Positions 1-9,686 of a DNA stretch of 64,000 bases are shown piece by piece. The DNA comes from a virus (taxonomy: Duplodnaviria; Caudoviricetes). A program made the position numbers and the translations under genes. The notes below the pieces were generated by a model. It saw nothing but the letters and a program-made list of their open reading frames with translations. It was not told where the DNA came from and searched no databases. The first letter of the stretch is position 1; every line of letters begins with the position of its first letter. The DNA lies in IMG/VR virus record IMGVR_UViG_3300037424_000117, positions 2,529-66,528 of that record, one strand, 5' to 3'.

Positions 1-603
1 GACGGCTGCTTTCTCCGGCTTCAGAAGAATGCCGGCGAGCAGGCCGGGACCGAGCGCGTCGAGGGCGGCAATCGGTACGGAGTATTTGGCTGCGGTAAGT
101 GGATCGTCGAGTCCAGCTTCACGTTGTTCGTTGTAGACATCGCCGAAGTTCTGCACGTAGGACGGCACAAACGCGCCAGCAGCACCGCCAACCATCGAGG
201 CTAGGGCACGCTCTCCCATAAGACGTGCGCCACCCTTAGCGCCAAGGAAGGCGGCTAAAGCGGTAAGTGGGAGTTGTACTGCGTTCTCGGCCAAGAGGCC
301 AGCGGCATAATCCGCAGCGGTGCCGAGAGAGTTGATGTCCGTGTACGATCCAACACGAGGTGCCAGATCAGCAGCCTGCGCGTTGAGGTCGGTAGCGATC
401 TCGCCTGCGCGAGACTTGACGGCGCCAAACCCTGTGCCCTTGGCAACCGCTTCTGCACCGCGAGCAACTTCCGCGCCGAGGCGCAGTGCTCCACGTTTCA
501 GACCTTTTGATACTTCGCCCGGACCCTTGATGTCGCCGAAGATGCCCTGATCCGTCGTTTCATCCAGCCCAGCTACGGGGTCAAGATTGTCAAACAAACC
601 CAT
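1..603 (-). CDS. N-terminal part of a large internal virion protein (runs off the left edge)
   Basis: ATG at 603 just after the stop of the upstream gene. My translation MGLFDNLDPVAGLDETTDQGIFGDIKGPGEVSKGLKRG... stays open to base 1; Ala/Gly-rich. Confidence 0.75.
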   Translation of the reverse strand, partial: MGLFDNLDPVAGLDETTDQGIFGDIKGPGEVSKGLKRGALRLGAEVARGAEAVAKGTGFGAVKSRAGEIATDLNAQAADLAPRVGSYTDINSLGTAADYAAGLLAENAVQLPLTALAAFLGAKGGARLMGERALASMVGGAAGAFVPSYVQNFGDVYNEQREAGLDDPLTAAKYSVPIAALDALGPGLLAGILLKPEKAAV

Positions 604-612
604 TTGGTTTCC

Positions 613-1797
613 TTATTGAAGAGCGGGAAGTCCGTACTCCGCAAGACGTGCGTTCAATGCGTCACGTACTTTCTTGGTGTTGCCCTGTGCCTTCAGCGTG
701 GCTTGTGCCTCGGCCAGCGCGCGGGCGGAATCATAACCAGCCGGTAGTTCCTTGCGCACTGCGAGCTTCTTTGCCACGCCACGGTTTACTTGAATGACTT
801 CCGCTGGCGCGCCGGGGACCATCGACGGAATCACCGTCGTGTTCTCAGGCTTGTTGTTGCCTTCTTCGGCCTTCATGAATGCGGCCTCACCGCGCAAGTA
901 TGCGCCTCGCGCTGCCAATGCGGCAGTAGCGGCAGCAGCATCTCTACGAGCGCGCATGCCAGATGCGTCGATTGCCACGCGCCCACCGCGAGTAATACCC
1001 GCCCCCGGTGCTGTTGGGGTCGCGCCGCCGCCACGGAATTCGCGAGTCTCGCCGGTAGCTTCATTGCGAATGAACCCGGTGCCGGCTGGCAAGTCACCGG
1101 TATAGGGACCGTCCAGCGCTGCGGAAGCAGCACGATTCGATGTTGCGACGCGACGGACGCTCGGGGTCACATCAGGGACGGCAGAAACCGGAGCTTGTGT
1201 GGCGAGAGGCGGAACAACCGGGGCCGGCGCGGTTGTGTCAACGGGCTTGACCATTCTTCCTGACGCTGGATCGAAGAACGATCCACCTGTGAGCATGCGA
1301 CCCACGCGGGGAGCAATGCCGAAGGACGCGTAGTCGCCAATATTGCGCGCTACGTTTACCACGTTGGCACCAATCCGACCGGGCGTAGTGCTGGCATCAA
1401 GCCCGACTGACTCGCCGAGGGCCGCGACATCTTCCGGTGTATCTACGATGGATTGAACCGCGCCGCCAGCAACGCCACCGATTGCACCGAACTTGCCCAC
1501 ACCACGGGCAACGCGAGCGAGGCCGCGACCAGTGATAGCTGGGTTCAGAAGGTTGCGCAACCGCGCAAAGCGAGTGAGCGGAGCAGCTTCGGCAGCAACA
1601 GCGGGGGCGGGAGCAACGGACGGCGTAGCGCCTGCACCTCTGAAGATGTTGCCGGCTGCTTCCATGCGGGCAACGGCTGCTTCGCCGAACTTGGCGACAC
1701 GAGCAGCGCGATTGGCGCGGGCCAACACTTCCGGGTTGACGGCGTCTTTTGAGGACAGCGCGGTCTCGTATGTTGAAATGTCGAATGGGCTTGCCAT
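613..1797 (-). CDS. putative internal virion/ejection protein (394 aa)
   Basis: Long ORF with RBS (aaggag), Ala/Gly/Pro-rich, inside the structural operon. Confidence 0.65.
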   Translation of the reverse strand: MASPFDISTYETALSSKDAVNPEVLARANRAARVAKFGEAAVARMEAAGNIFRGAGATPSVAPAPAVAAEAAPLTRFARLRNLLNPAITGRGLARVARGVGKFGAIGGVAGGAVQSIVDTPEDVAALGESVGLDASTTPGRIGANVVNVARNIGDYASFGIAPRVGRMLTGGSFFDPASGRMVKPVDTTAPAPVVPPLATQAPVSAVPDVTPSVRRVATSNRAASAALDGPYTGDLPAGTGFIRNEATGETREFRGGGATPTAPGAGITRGGRVAIDASGMRARRDAAAATAALAARGAYLRGEAAFMKAEEGNNKPENTTVIPSMVPGAPAEVIQVNRGVAKKLAVRKELPAGYDSARALAEAQATLKAQGNTKKVRDALNARLAEYGLPALQ

Positions 1798-1806
1798 GTT
1801 ATCTCC

Positions 1807-3609
1807 TTATGCGACGCCTTCAGCTTGCAGCGTTGTGAGCGCGTTGATCGCGTTGATCGCGCCAGCGGCCAGCGCTCCGGTAACAGAGGCACCTTGACCA
1901 GCGGCGGTCAACTTCAGTTCCTGCGCAGCTACGATTCCTTGGAACGTAGTCTTTGCATTCTCGATCGCAATTTCGGATGTCTTGATGTTCGTTTGGTAAT
2001 CGAGTGCACGTGAGTTCTGGATCAGGCGCAAACTCTCGGCGGCTGCTGAGGCTGTAGCCTTGTACGCCTCGATGTCGGCAGTGTAGCCCGAAAGAAGCGC
2101 GGTCACGTTCGCTGTCTGTCCTTGCAGGTCTGCACGGTACTGATCTACGCGAGCCCTGAACTCTTCGACTCGCTGATTCCCCTTCGCGATTTCCGAGTTC
2201 AGGCGCGCAATCAGGATGTCGGATTTCGTTTTGGCGCCGGCAACCTTGGAAGTGTACGCTTGAACTTCAACTTGGTACGCCTGCATCTTCGAGATTTCTC
2301 CCTTAATGCGGCTGTCGTACATGTTGAACTCGGCAACCTTCGCTTGCACCTGCGACGTGAAAGCGTCGATCAGTGCACGGAACGAGTCAATGCGGATGCG
2401 TTCGATGCCGGCCTGAATGCTGGCTGCTTCGAGCCGCGTCTTGTACACGCTGACCACGGTATTGACCGCGTCGAGTTGCGCTGAGTACAGCGCGACCACG
2501 TTACGCTGAATCTCTGACTCGATGCGCTTGCCTTCCATCGTGGTGCGATACACTTCAACCAGCGCAAGTTGGGCACGAATGCGTGCCTCGAACACCTGCG
2601 CTTCGGTCTTGTACGCTTCGAGGCGCGCGTTAAAGCGCAGCACCTGCGTCTTGAAGATTTCGATTGAGGCTTCCAGCGTGGCCTTCGCCGCGTTGAGCGC
2701 ACGTTCCATGATGCTGTTATGGAAGCCAATGAGAATCTGTTCGAGCCCCTTGACCTGTTCGATCGTGAACTGGCGGGACTGTACGAACAGGTCACCGCGC
2801 TTGAGCGCAATCTCGCGCTCGATCGAAGCGAGTTTGCTCGCGAGGAACTGCCGGGCGCGTTGCAGCGCCACGTTCAAGTCACCCGGAGCCATCATGAACC
2901 CGCGTGCGGCGGCGTTCACGTACAGTTCGTCCATATCGGCGGACGCAGCTTCCGACTCGCGGTCGCGTGCGCGAGACCATAGGCCCGCTTCGTCGAGGGG
3001 TTCAATGCCGTAGCCGCCGTTCTCCAAATCATTCAGGAGCTTCAGCTTCAGTTCGTCGAGTAGAGCGGACTGGTACAGCACCTCGTTGAACGTGAATATG
3101 TTGCTCGGTACCAGCAAGTCATCTTCCGGCAGCGTCGCAGAGAAGTCAGGAATGCTGATGCTTGGAACATCCGGCAGCACAATGCCAGTGAACGTGGGCG
3201 CAACTGGGAACGTGATGTCCGGAGCGCTTGGGATCACCGGGTCGCTGATAGCGGGCGCGACCGGGGGTGTCGGCAGAGCGCCGCTGGGTGCGTCTGGAAT
3301 CGTCAGGATCGGTGCGGCCTTGTCAAAGTCAGGTACCACCACGTCAGGTAGCGTGGAGATGAGAGAGTCAACAAAGGTCGGAAGAATGGCGGCAATCGTA
3401 GGAATAGCCGGAGGCACTGGGCGGAACCCAAACAGGGTAGCCGCCACGCCGCCGTCGCCGTTGCTCACGTAGTTGGTTTCTGGCAGACCATCAATGTTGA
3501 TGCTGTCCGCCGAGGCAAGGCTCGATAGTGCATCGAGAAATACCTGCGCCTGCGCGACGGCGCCAACCGCAAAGTCGTGCTGCTCATTGATGATGTCTTG
3601 GACGCCCAT
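1807..3609 (-). CDS. coiled-coil virion protein (600 aa), probable internal/ejection protein
   Basis: Pro-rich N-terminal third followed by long heptad-like helical region; RBS gagagg; position in tail module. Confidence 0.6.
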   Translation of the reverse strand: MGVQDIINEQHDFAVGAVAQAQVFLDALSSLASADSINIDGLPETNYVSNGDGGVAATLFGFRPVPPAIPTIAAILPTFVDSLISTLPDVVVPDFDKAAPILTIPDAPSGALPTPPVAPAISDPVIPSAPDITFPVAPTFTGIVLPDVPSISIPDFSATLPEDDLLVPSNIFTFNEVLYQSALLDELKLKLLNDLENGGYGIEPLDEAGLWSRARDRESEAASADMDELYVNAAARGFMMAPGDLNVALQRARQFLASKLASIEREIALKRGDLFVQSRQFTIEQVKGLEQILIGFHNSIMERALNAAKATLEASIEIFKTQVLRFNARLEAYKTEAQVFEARIRAQLALVEVYRTTMEGKRIESEIQRNVVALYSAQLDAVNTVVSVYKTRLEAASIQAGIERIRIDSFRALIDAFTSQVQAKVAEFNMYDSRIKGEISKMQAYQVEVQAYTSKVAGAKTKSDILIARLNSEIAKGNQRVEEFRARVDQYRADLQGQTANVTALLSGYTADIEAYKATASAAAESLRLIQNSRALDYQTNIKTSEIAIENAKTTFQGIVAAQELKLTAAGQGASVTGALAAGAINAINALTTLQAEGVA

Positions 3610-3640
3610 TGAATTACCTCTCGTGAACCAGTATTATACC

Positions 3641-5452
3641 CTAAAACACCCGGCGTCGCAGAACATCTGGACGCAGGATCAGGCTGTTGATTGCAAAGTC
3701 CGAGCCATCTACGTTCTCGTATCCGAACTGCCAGTAGGTCGATTTCGGACCCTTGCCGATCTGCACTCGGCGCTGTTGAATCTCGGTGTTGCCGTTGTCC
3801 GGCAACAGATACTCGCGGGTGCCCTGACCCTGCGTAGCAGTCGTGAACTTGCTGTATCCGTCCGAGCGGTACCCGATATAGATTCGCGGGATGCGCTTGT
3901 TGAAGCTGGTGCCGTAAGCCAAATTGCCCCATAGCACTCTCGCGGCGATCTCGTCGCCGTCGTCCGTTGTGCTGGCGTCAAGCACGCGAATGCCGGTCGG
4001 GCCAGCCGCGAGCATGCGCCCGCCGAAGTTGGCAAAGCTGTTGAAGTTGAAGTTGGTGTACTCAGTAAGCGGACCTTTGCGCATATTGAGCGCCCAGATG
4101 CGGTACTCGCCTAGTTCGGCTTGGTAGCCAGTGGCGACGAGTTGCAGCATCGGCAGAGTCATGCCGGCCACGTACTCGATCGTGCCGTGCTCGCTCGCGA
4201 AAAGTGTCAGGCTCGGCAGTATGATGTTGACCACACCAGCGGTGCCAACGAGGCCGGAACTGGCAAGGCGCATACGAGGGAGCACCAGATTCATCGTGCC
4301 GAGAGCGCCCGAGATGCCGGTGGCGCTCAAGCCAAACAGAGGCAGCGTGTTGCTGGCGAGGTATAGTCCCGGCGCTGACGACTGTGCGTCCAGCGTCAGC
4401 ATCGGTAGCGTCAGGATAGCCGATCCTACCGCGCCGACTGCGCCCTCGGACAGCAACGTAAACATCGGCAGTGTGTTGCGCGCTGCGATGTCGTCGTTGG
4501 ATAGCAGCGTCAACATCGGAAGCACGATGCCAATGGCGCCTGAGTTGGCTACTCCGCCAAGTGCATCGAGCGTGATGCGAGGAAGATCAATATCGGCGGT
4601 GGCAAACGATCCGATCGGATGACCTTCGCTGACGAGCGTAAACATCGGAAGCGTTACAAACGCAGCATCAAGCACGGTAGCAAATGCGTCCATAGTCTGC
4701 ACAGGAATGTGCAGACTTGCTGTTCCTACCGCGCCTACTATGCCATCAGATGCCAATGTCAGCATCGGCATAGTAATGTCCACGTTCGGGCCGTATGGGG
4801 CATCGAACGGAGTAAAGTCATTGTCGCTGGGGAATATGGCTTCGTCGCCTATGTGCCCCTCGTCTATGTGGCCGGAAAAGCCGAGAATTATTGGGACGCC
4901 CCAGCGAAAGACGCCATCTGAAACGGTGACCGATACTGCGGACGACTCGAAGTCAACCAGCGTTCCATTGAAGTGCAACGAATATCTGTCATTTATGTGG
5001 TCGTACTGGATGGCGATGTGGTTCCACTGTGTGGCAGCAAAATCAGCATTGCCCTCAGTGACCTTGTCGAGTATGTCAAATGAAGTGCCATCTGTTCCAA
5101 CGCTCCATGTGAGAACAGGTATTTCATCGACCTCGGCAATGCAGACTTGTACTGCGTCGCCATTTGTACTCGAAGCAAACGCGAACAGCCGGCGAGTGGC
5201 GGCGGAGAGTGGAACTGCATCGTCGTACCTGTACCAAAAGTCAACTACCCAGCTATCCGGCCCGAGAGTGTCAACGTCGGTAGATTCGATATAATTCGAC
5301 CCGTCCAGCAACAACGAGGCGCTGCCGAATTTGCTCTGAGCGGTATCTAGTTCCGCGCCGTTGTTTGTCCACACGTATCCAGCGGAACCGGTGTCCGGAT
5401 ACGTAGTGGACGCGTCGGTGCCATCAAGGTGCAGAATTGATAGGTCGGCCAT
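3641..5452 (-). CDS. tail protein with N-terminal LamG/ConA-like domain and TLPMxTL repeats (603 aa)
   Basis: LHLDG...LDTAQSKFGSASLLLDG...WNHIAI...GHIDE pattern typical of phage LamG domains; repeated LPM(L/F)TL motif. Confidence 0.65.
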   Translation of the reverse strand: MADLSILHLDGTDASTTYPDTGSAGYVWTNNGAELDTAQSKFGSASLLLDGSNYIESTDVDTLGPDSWVVDFWYRYDDAVPLSAATRRLFAFASSTNGDAVQVCIAEVDEIPVLTWSVGTDGTSFDILDKVTEGNADFAATQWNHIAIQYDHINDRYSLHFNGTLVDFESSAVSVTVSDGVFRWGVPIILGFSGHIDEGHIGDEAIFPSDNDFTPFDAPYGPNVDITMPMLTLASDGIVGAVGTASLHIPVQTMDAFATVLDAAFVTLPMFTLVSEGHPIGSFATADIDLPRITLDALGGVANSGAIGIVLPMLTLLSNDDIAARNTLPMFTLLSEGAVGAVGSAILTLPMLTLDAQSSAPGLYLASNTLPLFGLSATGISGALGTMNLVLPRMRLASSGLVGTAGVVNIILPSLTLFASEHGTIEYVAGMTLPMLQLVATGYQAELGEYRIWALNMRKGPLTEYTNFNFNSFANFGGRMLAAGPTGIRVLDASTTDDGDEIAARVLWGNLAYGTSFNKRIPRIYIGYRSDGYSKFTTATQGQGTREYLLPDNGNTEIQQRRVQIGKGPKSTYWQFGYENVDGSDFAINSLILRPDVLRRRVF

Positions 5453-5479
5453 TTTGTCTACCTATGAGGCAAAATTAAA

Positions 5480-5517
5480 GGCCCGCAGGAGTAACCTGCG
5501 CCACTCGTGCGGGCCGG
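5480..5517 (-). terminator. probable intrinsic terminator
   Basis: ggcccgca/tgcgggcc stem followed on the minus strand by TTTAATTTT, just after the 261-aa gene. Confidence 0.55.
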
Positions 5518-5531
5518 CTTGCGTAGCACTA

Positions 5532-6317
5532 TTACGCCGCAGGTTGGGTAACAGTGAAGGCGGTGATGGTCTGAACAGCCGCAGTCACGATCGCTGTCGA
5601 AGTCAGGTTCATGTTCGCACCGGAAGTACCGACGTTACCGTCGAGGCGCATGAGAACTTTGTTCGTTGCATCGGACGCACCAGCATCAGCTACGGTGCCC
5701 ATCAGACGGAACCAGCCGGCTGTCGCAGTTGCGACGGCGGCGCCGGACCACGTTTGCGTGGAGTCTTTGACGAGCGAACCATCAGTCGAGACACCGAACT
5801 TCAGGCCATTGACGTTGTTGACGCCGGAAGCCATGTTGGTATCGGTCTTCGTGATGGTCGTGACTGTCGAGGCAACAACCCAACCGTTCGGCAGAGTACC
5901 TTGACCGGGAAGCGCAGTGATCGTGATAACGTCAACTGTGCCACCGACGTTGGACGCCTTGAAGAGCTTGTTCTTCGGGTTTGCATTGATCTTCGCAACA
6001 ACGTCGGTCGCGGTTTGAATCAACGACGTGTTAAAAGGCGTCGAACTGCCCATGATTTCGATGCTGTTGACGGTAAGCGTGTCCACGGAACCTGACGCGC
6101 CGCCAGTCAAATCGACGGAACCGGACGACTGAACCTCGGCAGTGAATGCGCCTTGGTTATCTGTGATAGTGACGAGCAGTGTACCAGCTTCAGCATCGTC
6201 GGCAAGAGTAGGCTGGGAGCCGGTGAAAATCTTGATGCGGCCACCTGAGAACGCGCCCTCGAAAGAGCCGCCTTCAAGAAGGAAGTTACGCAGAGCGGTG
6301 GAAAGACGAAGTGCCAT
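5532..6317 (-). CDS. virion structural protein (261 aa)
   Basis: MALRLSTALRN... Thr/Gly/Ser-rich beta-type sequence; RBS aaggag; structural operon. Confidence 0.65.
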   Translation of the reverse strand: MALRLSTALRNFLLEGGSFEGAFSGGRIKIFTGSQPTLADDAEAGTLLVTITDNQGAFTAEVQSSGSVDLTGGASGSVDTLTVNSIEIMGSSTPFNTSLIQTATDVVAKINANPKNKLFKASNVGGTVDVITITALPGQGTLPNGWVVASTVTTITKTDTNMASGVNNVNGLKFGVSTDGSLVKDSTQTWSGAAVATATAGWFRLMGTVADAGASDATNKVLMRLDGNVGTSGANMNLTSTAIVTAAVQTITAFTVTQPAA

Positions 6318-6347
6318 GATGAATCTCCTTTAAGATATGTTCTGGGG

Positions 6348-7607
6348 TTAATCTCGTAGTGCTGCAACGTACTGAACTGTTCCCTTGTGCCGACGAATCA
6401 TGCCTGCCCCCTTCGTCGCGGTCGGAATTGCAAACCGATCCTGCGTGATGTTTGTAATCTGTCCGCCGTCACGGGCCACGCAAATGCCCTGCGTCGTAGT
6501 AAAAACTGCAACTGGTCCATTGCCCTTGCCATCGGAAATCATGTCGGCGGTACAGTAGTCTGTTGTGCCGAGTATCGCGCCATAGCTCAGGGCGTCATTG
6601 AACTCCCATTTTTCTGGGATGCTGCCCGAAAGCCAGAACAGGGCATCAGATGTACTCAAGTATACACCGTCGTTCATGGGCTCCACAAGGGTAATGTCTC
6701 CGGCAAACGGGTAGTTCTTGCGGAGATCGAATAGCTCATAGGCAAGCGGCTCGGAGTAGAACAGCACGGACCCCGAGGCCACCAAGGACCGGCCATTGAA
6801 CGCGCGTACGATCTGGCCGGCTGGAGGCGGGCCGAAGAACTGGGTGCTCAGGGCCACGGTCTGCTTGACCGGCGCGACCAAGTTGAAGGTCGTCTGCGCG
6901 TTCGGGATCGTGCCTGCGTGGTACAGGGTCTCGGAATTAGTGTCCGTAGCCCAGACCAGCTTAGCGAAAACGCTGGGGTCGTATGACACCGGTAGGTCGG
7001 TCAGGGCCATACCACCCTCGGTAACTTCAAAGCCCTCGGCGCGGGGGGTTCCGGACTGTTGGCCGTCATTGCGAATGAAGGTCACGGCATATTGGTATCT
7101 GCCGGCCCGTAGGGTGCCTCCCATCGACGCAGCGTTGCCTTGGGCCATTGGGGTAGCCAAGCCCCACGTGCGTGCCTCTCCGGCCTGCACAACGCCCGTT
7201 TGGAGGCCGTTCGACCAGCCCACGTAGCTGCCCATAACCGCGTATGAAATGTCGCGGAGCGGGATCAGGTCGGTTCTGAGCGTGTCGAAGGTGAAGTCCG
7301 GGAAGACGCGGATCAAGTCGGTGCCATTGCGGGAGGCGAGGCACATGCCGGCGCCGACGAATATCGAACGGATGTCGCCTGACACCACTGGCGCACTGAA
7401 TCCGGGACGGAGGGAGATTTCGAGGCTGTCGTCGATGTCCACGTTCGTAGCAACGACGAGGTCTTCGAGGCCCAGACGCTCAGCCGGGACCACATTGCGG
7501 AGCCCGGCGAATTCGCTGTGTTCGTAAACGCCCTCGTTTGGGTTAGTAATTGCCACGGTCCCACGCTCCGCGTACCCAGCCGCCGAAACGGAAGCGCGCT
7601 GGACCAA
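6348..7607 (-). CDS. putative tail nozzle/tubular protein (419 aa; start may be ~7550)
   Basis: Beta-propeller-like composition, directly downstream of the adaptor gene as in podoviral tails. Confidence 0.5.
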   Translation of the reverse strand: MVQRASVSAAGYAERGTVAITNPNEGVYEHSEFAGLRNVVPAERLGLEDLVVATNVDIDDSLEISLRPGFSAPVVSGDIRSIFVGAGMCLASRNGTDLIRVFPDFTFDTLRTDLIPLRDISYAVMGSYVGWSNGLQTGVVQAGEARTWGLATPMAQGNAASMGGTLRAGRYQYAVTFIRNDGQQSGTPRAEGFEVTEGGMALTDLPVSYDPSVFAKLVWATDTNSETLYHAGTIPNAQTTFNLVAPVKQTVALSTQFFGPPPAGQIVRAFNGRSLVASGSVLFYSEPLAYELFDLRKNYPFAGDITLVEPMNDGVYLSTSDALFWLSGSIPEKWEFNDALSYGAILGTTDYCTADMISDGKGNGPVAVFTTTQGICVARDGGQITNITQDRFAIPTATKGAGMIRRHKGTVQYVAALRD

Positions 7608-8307
7608 GGGTCATCTTCATGAAGTCGTTACGGGCTTCTCTGCACTGGCGGTCGAATTCTTGAAGGTAGCCAGCGCCGAGGCGAGCCGCAGCGGCGTCCA
7701 CGTTCGGAGTGGTCAGCGCCTTGCCGGCTGCGTACATGCAGAGCAGTTCGTGGTACTCAGCCTCGATCTCGCATTCGGCAGACGGGGTAGACACGGTAAG
7801 CTGCACGATGGGCAAGTGAGACACGCGCATCTGAGCGACGAGGCCGTTCTCCGTTATACTAGGAGTCGCGCGGAAACGTATAACGCGCGTCTGCACATCG
7901 ACCGCGTACCAGTTGGGGCGACCCGGAGTCTCGATGTATGGAGAGTTGATGTCGAAGAAATCTTGGTTCGGGTAGGAGAACACGCGCGAAGTGATGTCTT
8001 CGAAGCTGATGTTGCGAAGATGCAGATCGGAGTCGGATAGATTAACCGACAGCACTCGGAGAACACGCGAGTGCAGATCATAGTCCTTCACGCCGGTCGC
8101 CAGCGTCACACCTGTGAACGCGGCCTTTGCCACCGTGTATCGCGAGTTGAGACGCCACGTCTTGCGAGCGAACTCGTCGGCGCCCCTGTTGAGAAAAGTG
8201 ACAAGAGATGCGTCCGAGAAGAGGTCATCGGGGACGCCGGCAAGCAATTCGGCGCGGTCGTCCAGATAAACTTTCGCGGTGTGTTCCAGCATCTCTTGCA
8301 GGTTCAT
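7543..8307 (-). CDS. head-tail adaptor / tail tubular protein A-like (254 aa)
   Basis: MNLQEML...FLNRG...EF, G.P.WY, EYHELL...AAGKA pattern of podoviral adaptors; position after capsid genes. Confidence 0.6.
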   Translation of the reverse strand: MNLQEMLEHTAKVYLDDRAELLAGVPDDLFSDASLVTFLNRGADEFARKTWRLNSRYTVAKAAFTGVTLATGVKDYDLHSRVLRVLSVNLSDSDLHLRNISFEDITSRVFSYPNQDFFDINSPYIETPGRPNWYAVDVQTRVIRFRATPSITENGLVAQMRVSHLPIVQLTVSTPSAECEIEAEYHELLCMYAAGKALTTPNVDAAAARLGAGYLQEFDRQCREARNDFMKMTLGPARFRFGGWVRGAWDRGNY

Positions 8308-8308
8308 G

Positions 8309-8791
8309 TTACACCTCGTTGCTGTTCAGGTCTTCAAATGTCTGCACGCGCTTGCCGTCGCTGTCGATCGCCTTGCCGAGTTTCTGGTAAGGGAAGCGGC
8401 GAACCTTGCGGGTAACGGAGCCGTTCGGCATGCCGGTGGCGCTATCCACTGTCGTGATCGCCTTGTCAAGAATTGCGTGGTCGAGCACACCGAGAACTTC
8501 GAGCGGCACTTCCACTACGCGGCCACGCGTGATCTGGTATACGCGGCCATTCACGCCGACAGGCACGAATGAAAGCTCGGTCGCGTCATTGCCTTCATCA
8601 ACGATGATGGCCCAGCGCTCTTTGCTAGATGCGCGAGACGCATTGGCTCCCGGAATAACAAGTTCCGGTGCTTCTTGGGCGGAAAAATTTGCCGCCGTCA
8701 GTTCTTCGATGATCTTGGTCAGGCGCGCGATCTCTACGTTTTGTGCCTCGACCAACTTAACTTCCAACCCACCGCTAACTGCTGTTTCCAT
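8309..8791 (-). CDS. conserved phage hypothetical protein (160 aa)
   Basis: Contiguous ORF with RBS in the capsid operon; VPVGVNGRVYQITRG.VEVP motif. Confidence 0.7.
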   Translation of the reverse strand: METAVSGGLEVKLVEAQNVEIARLTKIIEELTAANFSAQEAPELVIPGANASRASSKERWAIIVDEGNDATELSFVPVGVNGRVYQITRGRVVEVPLEVLGVLDHAILDKAITTVDSATGMPNGSVTRKVRRFPYQKLGKAIDSDGKRVQTFEDLNSNEV

Positions 8792-8809
8792 AACCCCCTC
8801 CTGTGTTGG

Positions 8810-9097
8810 TTAGTATTTCGAACGCGCGATCGGCGCTTCTGATGCCTCGCTGAATGCGTCGTCGTATTCTTCGGACTTGCTCACGATCGCCGGTAGTTTT
8901 TCTTTGAGCAACTTCAACAGTGCTCCGGTCGATGAGGCCACGATAACCTCCGGGGCCGGTGAGGACATGTACGTGCTGCCTTTCTTTGCGTTGTTCTTCT
9001 TGACTTTCTCTTCTGCCTCGACATCCTTCAGCTTGATGACGAAGCCGTTGTCTGCCATGCAGATTGTGCAGATTTCGTTCTCGCCGTAGAGGCCCAT
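8810..9097 (-). CDS. hypothetical protein (95 aa)
   Basis: RBS aaggagag upstream of ATG; fits the operon. Confidence 0.7.
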   Translation of the reverse strand: MGLYGENEICTICMADNGFVIKLKDVEAEEKVKKNNAKKGSTYMSSPAPEVIVASSTGALLKLLKEKLPAIVSKSEEYDDAFSEASEAPIARSKY

Positions 9098-9116
9098 GAC
9101 ACTCTCCTTAAAGACG

Positions 9117-9149
9117 GAGTGGTCCCTACCTTTCGGCGAGGACCACCCC
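9117..9149 (-). terminator. stem-loop, possible terminator after the capsid-associated gene
   Basis: gtggtcct/aggaccac stem with GAAA-type loop on the minus strand, followed by gtcttt. Confidence 0.45.
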
Positions 9150-9156
9150 TTCTAGG

Positions 9157-9624
9157 TTACGCCCACGCGATCCAGTGTGCTTGCACGCTGGTTGCGATCA
9201 GCGCAGCCGGGATGCTGACGCCCGTGAACTTCTCACCCGCGAGGTTCAGACGCGAGTTGTCGGTAGCTTCGGAGGCTTCGGTAAGCGGCAGGCCAACGCT
9301 GGTTGTACCAACGACGCCCTTCGCTGTCTCGTACACAGTCCATGTGCTGACGGTGCCGGAATCGAAGTCTTTGATCATGCTCGGCATGCCGGATGTTTCG
9401 AGGGTCAGAGCGCCGTCATTGGCTGTCTTCCAGCCGTTGGCGTCAGCCATTCCGTCGAACACTTCGTACGAAATCTCGGTGCCGCTGGCGTCGATGATCT
9501 TGAAGTAGCGCGGCTTGAAGCCGAGGTTCAGGATGGACTTCTTCACGGTGCCGGTATCTTTGAACGAACCGGACGCGAAGTAGACCACCGGGATTGCGTT
9601 GTGGTTTGCTGAGGTAATAGCCAT
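9157..9624 (-). CDS. putative capsid decoration/minor capsid protein (155 aa)
   Basis: Immediately after the major capsid gene, strong RBS, Thr/Ser-rich. Confidence 0.5.
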   Translation of the reverse strand: MAITSANHNAIPVVYFASGSFKDTGTVKKSILNLGFKPRYFKIIDASGTEISYEVFDGMADANGWKTANDGALTLETSGMPSMIKDFDSGTVSTWTVYETAKGVVGTTSVGLPLTEASEATDNSRLNLAGEKFTGVSIPAALIATSVQAHWIAWA

Positions 9625-9659
9625 TGCATGTTCTCCTTGGTGATGGTTTCGTCAGAACC

Positions 9660-9675
9660 GGGGGCCGAAGCCCCC
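9660..9675 (-). terminator. cUUCGg hairpin after the major capsid gene
   Basis: Minus strand ggggg-cttcgg-ccccc then ggttct; weak U-tract, so possibly an mRNA stabiliser or leaky terminator. Confidence 0.4.
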
Positions 9676-9686
9676 TAGTTTACTGA

